A DNA stretch of 64,000 bases from Bradymonadia bacterium (lineage in GTDB: Bacteria; Myxococcota_A; Bradymonadia; UBA7976; UBA1532). The stretch covers positions 3,186 through 67,185 of the forward strand of contig JBILLN010000017.1 in assembly GCA_044376085.1 (NCBI GenBank), read 5' to 3'. Both the position numbers and the translations under genes were made by a program. The notes beneath the pieces were generated by a model that was not told the DNA's origin, made no database searches, and saw only the letters and a list, made by a program, of their open reading frames with translations. Below are positions 18,039 through 28,200 of this stretch, in pieces (the stretch's first letter is position 1; each line of letters opens with the position of its first letter).

Positions 18039-18787
18039 CGCCTTCGGCCACGCCTGCGAATCCCTTCGGCGAGGACGCACCCGATGCGTTCGACGCGGCC
18101 CTGCCCGTCCGGTTCGGCCCGGTTTTCGAGGGTCTGCGTCGCGTCTTCCGACACGAAGTCCGCGGGCTCGAGCACCTGCCGGCACGGGGACCGGCCCTGC
18201 TGGTGCTCCATCACGGACCGTTTCCGGTCGACGCCGTCCTGCTGTCCCACGTTCTGCGCGTCGAGCACGGACGCTGGCCACGGTTCCTCGGGGAGCGGCT
18301 GATCTTCGAGTCACCGTTTCTGGACGACCGTCTCTCGCGCTGGGGCGTCGTCGAGGGCAATCACTATCAGGCGCGGCGGCGGTTCGATGCCGGTGATCTG
18401 GTCGCCGTCTTTCCCGGGGGGGCGCGGGAGGCCTGGAAGCCCGTGGGCGAACGTCGGCGGCTCCGCTGGGAGGGCCGGTCGGGGTTCGTGCGCCTGGCGT
18501 TCAAGGCCGGGGTGCCCATCGTTCCCATCGCCTGTCCGCGGGCCGAGGACCTCTACCTCGTCCTGAACGACGGTCTCGCGTGGGGCCGCCGCGTCTTCGG
18601 AGAGGGGCGCAACTGGCCGTTGCCGCTCGTGATCGGGCTCGGTCTGCTTCCCTTCCCGTGGCGGCTCGTTCACCACGTCGGGCGGCCGATTCGCCCCGAT
18701 CGTCGGCCGGGTGAGACGGTCGAGCAGGCCATCGAGCGCATCCGGGCGGAGGCCGAAGCGTCGATGCTGGAGCTGCTCGGTCGCTGA
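18035..18787 (+). CDS. PlsC-family acyltransferase (lysophospholipid acyltransferase-like).
   Basis: The HX4D box is HHGPFPVDAV. FPGGARE is also present. The start ATG overlaps the kinase stop (ATGA). Confidence 0.65.
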   Translation: MTPSATPANPFGEDAPDAFDAALPVRFGPVFEGLRRVFRHEVRGLEHLPARGPALLVLHHGPFPVDAVLLSHVLRVEHGRWPRFLGERLIFESPFLDDRLSRWGVVEGNHYQARRRFDAGDLVAVFPGGAREAWKPVGERRRLRWEGRSGFVRLAFKAGVPIVPIACPRAEDLYLVLNDGLAWGRRVFGEGRNWPLPLVIGLGLLPFPWRLVHHVGRPIRPDRRPGETVEQAIERIRAEAEASMLELLGR

Positions 18788-18801
18788 CGGCCGGGCGCCC
18801 G

Positions 18802-20328
18802 TCAGCCGCCGGCACGTTCGCGGCAGGCAAAGTCGCACCGGCGCCGCTCCGGGCAGCCGTAGGCACAGCCTGCGGCCCCGGCGAAGGCCTCCAATCGTCG
18901 TTCGGCGTCCGGTCCGGGACCCGCGGCCCGCCGGACCGCTGCCGAGGCGGCCGCCAGGGCTGCGCCATCGGGCGCATACGGCGTTGCCAGGAAACCCAGG
19001 CGAAAGAGGATATCCCTCAGGTTGCGGTCCGGCAGCGCGGTGAAGGCCGCGAGGCCCTCCCTTCGGACAATCCCGGCGTCGTCCAGGGCGCGCAGCATCC
19101 AGAGGATTTCCAGACCGAGAAGGCCGCGCCCCAAGGCCTGGTCGAGTCGGTCGAAGACGCCCGCGGCGGTCGGTTCCCGATCGAGCGCCGCGGCGAGCTC
19201 CGGCAATTCGGCGAATCGGCGGGCCAGCAGGGACGTCCAGAGCAGTGCCTGCGCGTCGGCGGTGGTCGCGAGATCGTCGGGCGCGGAGCCGTCGTAGAGC
19301 GGGTCCAGAAGCCCCTCGAGCCCATCCCAGGCGGCCCGCGCGGCTTCGGGCGACAGTCTCAGGACGAGGGTCGACGCCACGGCGAGCCGAAAGAGGCAGC
19401 GCTCGGCGTCTTCGTTCCACGCCTCGGCGTCGAGTCCGAACAAGGCCGCGCCCGGGGCGGGGGCCGTCTCGGGGAGGGCGCGCGCCCAAGCGGTCAGCCG
19501 CTCGGTGGTGTCCGCGAGGACGGTGTCGGCGAAGACGCCCACCGTGGCGAACCGGGCCGTGGGGACCGGTCGGGCGTGCCCGAGCGGACTCGGCAGGCCG
19601 CCGTTCGGGCGGGGCGAGGTCGCACCGACGCGGCGGACGGGGGGGGCAGGGACGGCGAGTACCGCGGGCTCGGTCCGGGCGTCGGGCGCCTCCGCCGGAG
19701 CGGGCGGCGCCACCGGTTCGACGGCCGGCGAGGGCGCCGCGCCTGTATCGGGACCGGCGGGTTCCGGCTCGTCCCGGTCTTCGTCGAAGAACTCGTCGAG
19801 GTCGAAGGCCTCGGCCTGCGCGAGGAACTTCTCGCCGAGCTTGTCGAGACCTAGGCGGATGCCCACGGGCTTGAAGATCTCGAGCCCCTGGGCGAGCTGA
19901 ATCCAGGCGGTCACCTGAGGACCGGTCAGGCGTGCGCCGGGGTACGCGAACGAGTCCACGTACTTGAGAATCTCGTTGGGGGAGTGCACCCGCTCCTTGA
20001 CTTGTTCGATCACGCACTTGAACAGGACGGGATTCACCTGCCAGAGGCGTTCGGCGAGCAGCTTGCGGGCGGCGGCGTCGTCGGGGGCGGCGGCCAGGGA
20101 CAGCACCAGCGGGGAGGGGGGGACGACCTCCGTCTGCGGCAGCCGCAGAAAACGGTGGAGCGCGGGCGCGCGCTCGCGCGTGTACATCCCGTTGGCCTTG
20201 AGCCGGGCCCGGAGGTCCTTGAGCGGCTCTCCCTCTCGGGGGAACTTCCGGCAGAGCTGGATCAGCGCCTCGACGGCGGCTTTGAATTCGCCCTTGGGCA
20301 GAAGCGGGAATTCGGTGAACTGCGGCAT
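18802..20328 (-). CDS. Hypothetical protein with a structured about 200-aa N-terminal domain, a Pro/Ala-rich linker and a C-terminal Cys cluster.
   Basis: The amino-acid composition is non-repetitive in the N-terminal domain (MPQFTEFPLLPKGEF...). The C-terminus is CAYGCPERRRCDFAC, with C-x3-C-x5-C-x3-C spacing. The start was chosen at the first ATG inside the longer ORF. Confidence 0.5.
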   Translation of the reverse strand: MPQFTEFPLLPKGEFKAAVEALIQLCRKFPREGEPLKDLRARLKANGMYTRERAPALHRFLRLPQTEVVPPSPLVLSLAAAPDDAAARKLLAERLWQVNPVLFKCVIEQVKERVHSPNEILKYVDSFAYPGARLTGPQVTAWIQLAQGLEIFKPVGIRLGLDKLGEKFLAQAEAFDLDEFFDEDRDEPEPAGPDTGAAPSPAVEPVAPPAPAEAPDARTEPAVLAVPAPPVRRVGATSPRPNGGLPSPLGHARPVPTARFATVGVFADTVLADTTERLTAWARALPETAPAPGAALFGLDAEAWNEDAERCLFRLAVASTLVLRLSPEAARAAWDGLEGLLDPLYDGSAPDDLATTADAQALLWTSLLARRFAELPELAAALDREPTAAGVFDRLDQALGRGLLGLEILWMLRALDDAGIVRREGLAAFTALPDRNLRDILFRLGFLATPYAPDGAALAAASAAVRRAAGPGPDAERRLEAFAGAAGCAYGCPERRRCDFACRERAGG

Positions 20329-20425
20329 GGCGGCATATTGGGGCCGACGCCCCGGGCATTCAAGGTCCGCGCCGCGCCGCCGGCCGTTGCCCGACTCCGG
20401 CGAGTCGGCTATCGTCCCCGACCCC

Positions 20426-21070
20426 ATGCGCCTGCGCATCACCGAGGTCTTCCACAGCATTCAGGGCGAGAGCACGTTCGCCGGTCGGCCGAGCGTGTTC
20501 GTGCGGCTCACCGGTTGTGATCTGCGCTGCTCCTGGTGCGACTCGACCTATACCTTCTCCGGGGGCGAGTGGCATCCCGTGGAGGCGTTGGTCGACCGGG
20601 TGCTCGCGTATGGGACGCCGCTGGTCTGCGTGACGGGGGGAGAACCCCTGCTGCAGCCGGACGTGCACGGTCTCATCGACCGACTTCTCGAGGCCCGGTG
20701 TACGGTCACGCTCGAGACGGGGGGCCACCGCGACGTCTCGGTCGTCGATCCCCGGGTGCACCGCATCCTCGACTGGAAACCCCCCGCTTCCGGCGAGGTC
20801 GACCGGAACCGATGGGAGAACCTGCCGCTGCTCACGGGGCGCGACGAGATCAAGTGCGTCCTGGCCGACCGGGCCGACTACGAGTGGGCGCGCGAACAGG
20901 TTCGGATTCGCGACGTGGTTTCGAGGGTCGGTGCCGTCCACTTCAGCCCGGTCCACGGACGCCTCGCCCCGCTGGATCTCGCGACGTGGATTCTCGAGGA
21001 CCGCTTGCCGGTCCGCCTTCAACTTCAGTTGCATAAGTACTTATGGGGAGCCGATGCCCGTGGGGTCTGA
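20426..21070 (+). CDS. queE: 7-carboxy-7-deazaguanine synthase (radical SAM).
   Basis: The Cx3Cx2C cluster is [17 protein letters not shown] is present. The length of about 214 aa fits QueE. Confidence 0.85.
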   Translation: MRLRITEVFHSIQGESTFAGRPSVFVRLTGCDLRCSWCDSTYTFSGGEWHPVEALVDRVLAYGTPLVCVTGGEPLLQPDVHGLIDRLLEARCTVTLETGGHRDVSVVDPRVHRILDWKPPASGEVDRNRWENLPLLTGRDEIKCVLADRADYEWAREQVRIRDVVSRVGAVHFSPVHGRLAPLDLATWILEDRLPVRLQLQLHKYLWGADARGV

Positions 21071-21758
21071 GAAAACCGCGGTGGTTCTGCTGAGCGGGGG
21101 TCTCGACTCCGCGACCGTCCTGGCCATCGCGCGGGCCGAGGGGTGGTCGGTGCACGCGCTGTCGTTCCGCTACGGGCAGCGTCACGCCTTCGAACTCTCG
21201 GCGGCGGCCGAACTCGCGCGCCGCGGCGGAGCGGTCGAGCACCTCGTGTGCACGCTCTCGCTCGACCTCTTCGGCGGGTCTGCCCTGACGGATCCGGCCC
21301 TCGCGGTGCCCCACGGACGCTCCGAGTCCGAGATGTCGTCCGGCGTGCCGATCACCTACGTGCCCGCCCGCAACACCATCTTTCTGGCGCATGCGCTCGC
21401 GTTGGCCGAGGTCCGCGGGGCCAGCGCGATCTTCATCGGCGTGAACGCCATCGACTACTCCGGATATCCGGATTGCCGGCCGGCGTACATCGCCGCGTTC
21501 GAGACGCTGGCCCATCTGGCGACCCGGGCGGGGGTCGAAGGGGGCGCGTTGCGCATCCATGCGCCGCTCCAGCACATGAGCAAAGCGGACATCATCCGCC
21601 GTGGCCTCGAGCTCGGCGTCGACTACGGTCTGACCCACTCGTGTTACGACCCGGACCCGACCGGCGCGGCCTGCGGCGCGTGTGACGCGTGCCAGCTCCG
21701 CCTCCGGGGCTTCGCCGAGGTCGGTCGTCCCGATCCCGCGCGGTACGTCGGGCGCTGA
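21054..21758 (+). CDS. queC: 7-cyano-7-deazaguanine synthase.
   Basis: The PP-loop is [12 protein letters not shown]. The C-terminal zinc-binding cysteines are [17 protein letters not shown]. It overlaps the queE 3' end by 17 nt. Confidence 0.85.
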   Translation: MPVGSEKTAVVLLSGGLDSATVLAIARAEGWSVHALSFRYGQRHAFELSAAAELARRGGAVEHLVCTLSLDLFGGSALTDPALAVPHGRSESEMSSGVPITYVPARNTIFLAHALALAEVRGASAIFIGVNAIDYSGYPDCRPAYIAAFETLAHLATRAGVEGGALRIHAPLQHMSKADIIRRGLELGVDYGLTHSCYDPDPTGAACGACDACQLRLRGFAEVGRPDPARYVGR

Positions 21759-21759
21759 G

Positions 21760-22470
21760 GTGGCCCGCCGGTTCCTGGTCGGGGCTCTGGCGGCTGCGGC
21801 CGGCTGCAACGGCGCCGCGGACGCGGCGCTCGAGCCGCCGCCGGCCGGCTTGCCATGGGTCGGTGCGGCGTACGACGTGCGGATCGGCGTGGCGGCCACC
21901 ACCTGCGGAGCGACCGGCCTGCCGTGGTCCTCGACCTTCTCGACGGCGACGGTCGAGCAGTCCGGCGTCCGGATCCGCCTGACGATCCGCGCCGGTGGGG
22001 ACGACGCCATCCGGGACGTCGTCCTCGACGGGTGCGTGGTCGAGTCGGCGCCGGGCGTCTATGCCTTGCGGCTCTCCGGGACGACGCGCGCCGCCGCCCT
22101 GCAGGGGGAGGCCGCGTGTGCCGTGCGTCTCAGCCTGCCCGGGGGGCTCGGTCGCTCGATCGATGCAGCGGAAGCGGCGGCGGAACTCGACGGTGTGGCC
22201 GCGACGACGCTCGGCACGACCGAGGATGCGTGGCAGGCCGCGGGCTGCCCGGCGGCAGTCGGCACGGCCGATGACTATCCGGCGTTCGACCTGCCGCTCT
22301 GCGCGGACGGCGGGCTGCGCGGGACGGTGGAGGCGCAGCTCGCCTGGGCCGGCGCGGCGTGCCACGCGGGCGAGCCGTGCACGCTTCGCCTGGCGTTCGA
22401 CGGCGTGCTGGCCGCGCCGCATCCGGACGAGCCACCCGACGCGCTGCGGGGGGGGGAATGCCCGGACTGA
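21760..22470 (+). CDS. Hypothetical lipoprotein.
   Basis: A GTG start lies 1 nt after the queC stop. The signal peptide is VARRFLVGALAAAAGC (lipobox AAGC). Paired Cys residues recur through the body. Confidence 0.4.
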   Translation: MARRFLVGALAAAAGCNGAADAALEPPPAGLPWVGAAYDVRIGVAATTCGATGLPWSSTFSTATVEQSGVRIRLTIRAGGDDAIRDVVLDGCVVESAPGVYALRLSGTTRAAALQGEAACAVRLSLPGGLGRSIDAAEAAAELDGVAATTLGTTEDAWQAAGCPAAVGTADDYPAFDLPLCADGGLRGTVEAQLAWAGAACHAGEPCTLRLAFDGVLAAPHPDEPPDALRGGECPD

Positions 22471-22489
22471 GTCGCGACCGGCGCGTCGG

Positions 22490-22700
22490 TCAGCGGTAGA
22501 ACAGCACGATCGTCAGGCAGTGGAACTGTTGGTCCGACGATTGCTGAACGACCGTGTCGACGATCTCGACCTCGGGACGTGCCGACAGCCACTCGGAGAT
22601 CTGGTCTCCGAGACGCTCTCGCTCGGCCGCCTTCGTCGCGGTGAAGACCTTGACGGCGCGATACCCGTTGACGGCGTGCTCCGGTGCGCGGGCACCCACG
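22490..22700 (-). CDS. Small hypothetical protein (about 65 aa) downstream of rpsU.
   Basis: The frame ends ...GYRAVKVFTATKAAERERLGDQISEWLSARPEVEIVDTVVQQSSDQQFHCLTIVLFYR. Its composition is less biased than that of spurious high-GC ORFs. It is a C-terminal fragment of a longer ORF in the track, and the start is uncertain. Confidence 0.3.
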
Positions 22701-22704
22701 CGGC

Positions 22705-23007
22705 TTACTTCTTGGGCTTGCTCGTCGCGCGGAGCTGACGGCGGCGCTCCTTGCGGCGGCGGCGCTCGGCCTCGCGCTGCTTGCGCTTCGTCTTGACCGA
22801 CGGCTTCTCGTAGAAGCGGCGGCGCTTCAGCTCCTTGTAGATGCCCTCCTGCGCGACCTTGCGCTTGAGGGCCTTGATGGCACGCTCGACGTTGTCTCCC
22901 TCGACGATGACCTCGAGGGGCCGCAGCACCAACTCGTTCGAACTCAAGTTCACACCTCGGTGACCGCCGTTCTTGTTGGCGGCGGACGTTGGACGCTCTG
23001 ACGACAA
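22705..23007 (-). CDS. rpsU: 30S ribosomal protein S21.
   Basis: LEVIVEGDNVERAIKALKRKVAQEGIYKELKRRRFYEKPSVKTKRK matches the S21 core, including the FYEKPS and KRK box. A highly basic tail follows. The ORF start in the track is TTG, and a GTG at 22929 is an alternative, so the 5' end is uncertain. Confidence 0.7.
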   Translation of the reverse strand: MSSERPTSAANKNGGHRGVNLSSNELVLRPLEVIVEGDNVERAIKALKRKVAQEGIYKELKRRRFYEKPSVKTKRKQREAERRRRKERRRQLRATSKPKK

Positions 23008-23061
23008 TAGGGCCCCGTCGGACCCGTAAGGGCGGCGGGAGGGTAAGGAGCCTGTCCGCCC

Positions 23062-24081
23062 TTGTCAAGCGCCTCTCTCCGGGGTATTTCGAATCCCGTG
23101 TCGAAACGTGAATCCCTGCCCCTCCTGCCCCCCGATGCCCACCCAACGACCCCCTGCGGCGACGCACTTCCGGGGCACCCGTCCGGCGATCGTTTCGGGC
23201 GGGACCGCGCCGCCCTGCGCAAGCCCGACTTCCTGAAGCGCCCCGTCGGCAAGGGCGAGGCCGTCGCCGGCGTCAAGCGCCTCTTGCGAGGGGGCGGGCT
23301 CGTGACCGTCTGCGAGGAGGCGCGCTGCCCGAACCTGGGGGAGTGCTTCGAGCGGCGGACGGCGACCTTCATGATCCTCGGCAAGGACTGTACGCGCGCG
23401 TGCGGTTTCTGCGCCGTGGGGACGGCCCGTCCGGAGCCCCCGGCGCCGGACGAGCCGGAGCGCGTGGCGACGGCCGCGGCCCGCCTCGGTCTCTCGCACG
23501 TGGTCGTCACCAGCGTCAACCGGGACGACCTGCCCGACGGCGGTTCGGCGCACTTCGCCGCGGTGATGACGGCGCTGCGGGCGGCCCTGCCCTCGGCGAC
23601 GCTGGAGGTCCTGACGCCCGACTTTTGCGGTGATCTCGACGCCGTCCGCCGCGTGGCCGAGTCACCCATCGACGTCTACAATCACAACATCGAGACGGTT
23701 CCGCGGCTCTACGAGCGGGTGCGCCCCCGTGCGCGCTACCCCCGCAGCCTGGAGGTTCTGCGGACGGTGGCCGACGAATTCCCTGCGCTCGCGGTCAAGA
23801 GCGGGTTGATGGTCGGGCTCGGCGAGAGCCGCGCCGAAGTCTTCGACCTGATGGCCGATCTCCGGGCGAACGGCGTGCAGATCGTCACCATCGGTCAGTA
23901 CCTTCGGCCGAGTCTGGTGCAGGTGCCCGTCGCCGAATACCTCACGGAGGCGGCCTACGAGGCCTTCCGGGCGCATGGGCGCGCGTTGGGGTTCGACCAC
24001 GTCTTCGCGGGCCCGTTCGTCCGTTCCTCGTACAACGCCGCGGAGGCCCTGCACGAGGCCCGGCGGAGCACGGGCGCGTGA
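23062..24081 (+). CDS. lipA: Lipoyl synthase.
   Basis: The auxiliary cluster is CEEARCPNLGEC. The radical SAM cluster is CTRACGFCAV. ETVPRLY and RSSY are present. The TTG start has AAGGAG 11 nt upstream, and a GTG at 23098 is an alternative. Confidence 0.85.
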   Translation: MSSASLRGISNPVSKRESLPLLPPDAHPTTPCGDALPGHPSGDRFGRDRAALRKPDFLKRPVGKGEAVAGVKRLLRGGGLVTVCEEARCPNLGECFERRTATFMILGKDCTRACGFCAVGTARPEPPAPDEPERVATAAARLGLSHVVVTSVNRDDLPDGGSAHFAAVMTALRAALPSATLEVLTPDFCGDLDAVRRVAESPIDVYNHNIETVPRLYERVRPRARYPRSLEVLRTVADEFPALAVKSGLMVGLGESRAEVFDLMADLRANGVQIVTIGQYLRPSLVQVPVAEYLTEAAYEAFRAHGRALGFDHVFAGPFVRSSYNAAEALHEARRSTGA

Positions 24082-25202
24082 GCGCGGGTGACCGCGTCCT
24101 GATTTCCGAAGTCCACGCCCACGGGACGGACCTCGAGGCCGCGCGTGTCCGGCGCCGGGCGTCGCTGCTCGCGCGCACGGGCGGCGGCGTCCTCGTCTCG
24201 CCCGTCCTGGCGGGGGAGCGTGTCCTGTATCCGGGCTTGCGGCACCGGCCGATCCGGGTCGCGCCGGGCCTGTCGCCGGACGCCCTCGCGGCCGAAGTGG
24301 CAGAGCGCGTGGGCGACGTGCTCGATGACCTGCGGCCGCACCTGGTTCATGCGATGGGTGTGTCCTGCGCGATTCCGGCCCTGCTTCGGCGTCGAGGGGG
24401 CTGCCGGATCGTGATCGAACCCGGGCTCCTGCCCTCCCAGTGGCTTCGCGACCACGAGCCGAAGCTGCCGCCCGAGCGCCTGTCCGACATGGTCGCCCTC
24501 GAGGACCGCACGCTGGCCCGGGCGGACGCCGTGGTGGCCCGGTCGATGATCGAGGGCGCCACCCTCGTGCAGCGCGGGGTGTCGCACGAACGCATCCACA
24601 CGGCGCTCGACGGCGTGCCGCTCGGGGTGGACGCCGGCGACGCCCCGGACCTGCCCAACGTGATCTACATCGGCGACACGGCTCCCTGGAGCGGGCACCG
24701 GGTCCCGCTGGACGGGCTCGCCCGGGTGCACCGGCCGTGGCGACTCACCGTGGTCGTCCCGCCCGAGGCGCCCGCCGGGACGTTCGAAGCGCAGGCGCGC
24801 GCGCTCCGGGTCGCGGAGCGGCTGACGGTGAGCCGGGACGCGTCGTTCGAGAATCTGGTGTCCCGGCTGAGGGGCGCGGCGGTCGTCATCTGCCCGCTCC
24901 TCCACACGCGGGCGACGGAGGCCGGGGGCGTGCTGCCCGAGGCGGCGCTGTGGGCCCTGGCGGCCGGTCGACCCCTCGTGGCATCGGAACTGCCGATCGT
25001 GCGGACCTACGCAGGGGCGGCGGCGCGCTATTTCGAGCCGGGAGATGCCGAGCGCCTCGCCGAGCATCTGCGCGTGCTCCTGAGTGATCCCATGGCGCGG
25101 CACGCCTTGGCGGACGCGGCGGTGGCCGTCGCGGGGACCCTGGAGTGGGGTGCCACGGAACGTCCGGTCGCCGACCTCTGGGCCATGCTGCTCGAATCCT
25201 GA
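24078..25202 (+). CDS. GT-B fold glycosyltransferase-like protein.
   Basis: The C-terminal half has a GT4-like E-x6-E region TEAGGVLPEAALWALAAGRPLV. The GTG start overlaps the lipA stop (GTGA). Family assignment is tentative. Confidence 0.5.
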   Translation: MSAGDRVLISEVHAHGTDLEAARVRRRASLLARTGGGVLVSPVLAGERVLYPGLRHRPIRVAPGLSPDALAAEVAERVGDVLDDLRPHLVHAMGVSCAIPALLRRRGGCRIVIEPGLLPSQWLRDHEPKLPPERLSDMVALEDRTLARADAVVARSMIEGATLVQRGVSHERIHTALDGVPLGVDAGDAPDLPNVIYIGDTAPWSGHRVPLDGLARVHRPWRLTVVVPPEAPAGTFEAQARALRVAERLTVSRDASFENLVSRLRGAAVVICPLLHTRATEAGGVLPEAALWALAAGRPLVASELPIVRTYAGAAARYFEPGDAERLAEHLRVLLSDPMARHALADAAVAVAGTLEWGATERPVADLWAMLLES

Positions 25203-25249
25203 CCCGGCGCGTTGCGCCGGAGGACGGACCTCTCTAGGATGCCGCCGCC

Positions 25250-28200
25250 ATGCCGCGGCGCACAGACATCCGGAAGATCCTCATCATCGGCAGCGGCCCG
25301 ATCGTCATCGGGCAGGCCTGCGAATTCGACTACTCGGGCACTCAGGCCTGCAAGGCCTTGCGTCGCGAGGGCTTCGAGGTCGTGCTGATCAACAGCAACC
25401 CGGCCACGATCATGACCGATCCCGAGACGGCGGATCGCGTCTACATCGAGCCGATCACGCTGGAGTTCGTCCGTCGCGTGATCGAGAAGGAGCGGCCGGA
25501 CGCGGTTCTGCCCACGCTCGGCGGTCAGACGGCCTTGAACATGGCGCTTGCCCTGCACGACGCGGGCGTGCTCGCCGAGTTCGGCTGCGAGCTCATCGGG
25601 GCGAAGGTCGAGGCCATCCGCAAGGCCGAGGACCGCGAACTCTTCCGGCAGGCGATGCAGCGCATCGGACTCGACATGCCGCGCAGCGGCGTCGGGCGGA
25701 CGCTCGAGGAAATCCGGACGATCGTCGAGACCACCGGCTATCCGGTCATCCTGCGGCCGAGCTTCACGCTGGGCGGCACCGGGGGCAGCATCGCCCGCAC
25801 CCCGGCAGAGCTCGAGGAGTTCGGCCGCTGGGCGCTGGACATGTCGCCGACGCGAGAGGTGCTCGTCGACGAGTCGATCCTCGGCTGGAAAGAGTACGAA
25901 CTCGAGGTCATGCGCGACACGGCGGACAACGTCGTGATCATCTGCAGCATCGAGAATCTCGATCCCATGGGTGTCCACACCGGGGATTCGATCACCGTGG
26001 CCCCGGCCCAGACGCTCACGGATCGCGAGTACCAGTATCTCCGTGACGCCTCGCTGGCGGTCATTCGGGAGATCGGGGTCGACACGGGCGGCAGCAACGT
26101 CCAGTTCGGCGTCTGCCCGACGACGGGCCGCGTGGTCATCATCGAGATGAACCCGCGCGTCAGCCGCAGCTCCGCCCTGGCCTCGAAGGCCACGGGCTTC
26201 CCCATCGCCAAGATTGCCGCCCTCCTGGCCGTCGGGTACCACCTCGACGAGCTGAAGAACGACATCACGCGGGTGACTCCGGCCAGCTTCGAGCCGACGA
26301 TCGACTACGTCGTCACCAAGATCCCGCGGTTCACCTTCGAGAAGTTTCCGGGGACGGAGCCCGTTCTCGGGACGCAGATGAAGTCCGTCGGCGAGGCGAT
26401 GGCCATCGGCCGGACGTTTCAGGAGAGTCTGCAGAAGGCGCTGCGCAGCCTGGAGACCGGGACGTGGGGCCTCGTGCCGAGATACGTGGACGAGGCGGCC
26501 GCCCACGACCCCGAGGCGGACACCCCGGAGGCCGCGGAAATCCGGACCCTGCTGCGCGAGGCGCTGAAGGTGGCCCACCCCGAACGCCTCCTGCACGTCG
26601 CCGACGCGATGCGGGTCGGTCTGTCGGATGCCGAGATTTACGGCCTGTGCCACTTCGACCCGTGGTTCCTCCGCCAGATCCGGGGCATCGTCGAGCTCGA
26701 GAACACGCTCTGGGCCACTCGGGGCAGCCCCCTCTCGCCGGCCTTGCTGCGGCGCGCCAAACGGGCCGGGTTCGCCGACCGCCGCCTGGCGACGCTGCTC
26801 GGGCTCGACGAGGCCAGTGTCCGCGCCCTGCGTCGAACCCACGGCGTGCAGCCGGTGTACAAGGCCGTGGATACCTGCGCCGCGGAGTTCGAGGCGTTCA
26901 CCCCCTACCTGTACTCGACCTACGAGGTCTTCGACGAGGCGCCCCCGAGCGACCGCCGCAAGATCATGATCCTGGGGGGCGGCCCGAACCGAATCGGCCA
27001 GGGTATCGAGTTCGACTACTGCTGCGTCCACGCCGCGCTCTCGCTCCGCGAGGACGGGTACGAGACCATCATGGTCAACTGCAATCCCGAGACGGTCAGC
27101 ACGGACTACGACACCAGCGACCGCCTCTACTTCGAGCCCCTGACGCTCGAAGACGTGCTCGCCATCGTCGAACGCGAGCGACCCCTGGGGGTCATCGTTC
27201 AGTTCGGCGGGCAGACCCCCCTGAAACTCGCCGTGCCCCTGGAACGCCTGGGCGTGCCCATCCTGGGCACCTCGCCGGACGCCATCGACCGCGCCGAGGA
27301 CCGCGAGCGTTTCGCCGCGCTGCTCGACACGCTCGGCCTGAAGCAGCCGCCCAACGGCATCGCCCGCAGCCTCGACGAGGCCCTGCGAGTGATCGAGGGC
27401 ATCGGCTACCCGGTGGTCGTGCGACCCAGCTACGTCCTCGGCGGGCGCGCCATGGAGATCGTCGGCGACGAAGAGAACCTGCGCCGCTACATGCGCGACG
27501 CCGTGCAGGTCAGCCCGGAACACCCGGTTCTCATCGATCGGTACGTCGGCGGCGCCGTCGAACTCGACGTCGACTGCGTCTCGGACGGCGAGCACGTCGT
27601 CATCGGCGGCGTCATGGAGCACGTGGAGGAGGCCGGCATTCACAGCGGCGATTCTGCGTGCAGCCTGCCGCCGTACAGCGTGCCGGACCGCGTCGTGGAC
27701 GCGCTGCGGGTGCAGACGGCCGCGATGGCCCGGGCGCTCGGCGTCGTCGGTCTCATGAACGTCCAGTTCGCCGTCCGTTTCGGACCCGATCGCGAAGACG
27801 AGATCTTCGTGCTCGAGGTCAATCCCCGCGCAAGTCGCACCGTGCCGTTCGTGAGCAAGGCCATCGGACGCCCCCTCGCGAAGATCGCCGCCCGCGCGAT
27901 GGCCGGGCAGTCCCTCGCTTCGCAGGGATTCACGCGGGAGATCGTGCCGCGGTACACCTCGGTGAAGGAGTCGGTCTTCCCCTTCGTGAAGTTCCAGGGC
28001 GCGGACAGCGTGCTCGGACCCGAGATGAAGTCGACGGGGGAGGTCATGGGGGTCGACGTCGACTTCCCGTGCGCTTTCGCCAAGGCGCAGGCCGCGGCCT
28101 TCAACGCGCTGCCGACGCGCGGTCGGGTCCTCGTTTCGCTCGCGGACGAAGACAAGCAGGGCGCCGTCGAGCTCGCGCGTCCGCTCGTCGAGCTCGGCTT

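Noticed and set aside
15507-18314. A 935-aa minus-strand ORF overlapping prkA, a lipoprotein gene and the kinase gene.
   Set aside because: It is Arg/Gly/Pro-rich and featureless. It conflicts with three motif-bearing genes in other frames or strands.
20329-20425. A preQ1 riboswitch upstream of queE.
   Set aside because: No preQ1-I/II consensus (for example the conserved loop with downstream A-rich tail) is visible. Only a simple 6-bp hairpin is present, and this is reported as a finding.
20426-21758. queE and queC as part of a 7-deazaguanine DNA-modification (Dpd-like) defence system.
   Set aside because: No DpdA/TGT-like transglycosylase, DpdB or helicase is adjacent. The pair is flanked by housekeeping genes and lipoproteins. 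This is the ordinary queuosine precursor pathway.
23030-23110. A tRNA-like T-arm motif (TTCGAATCC) near 23083.
   Set aside because: The loop would be 11 nt, and no acceptor stem, D-arm or anticodon arm can be drawn. The sequence lies in the lipA 5' coding/leader region.
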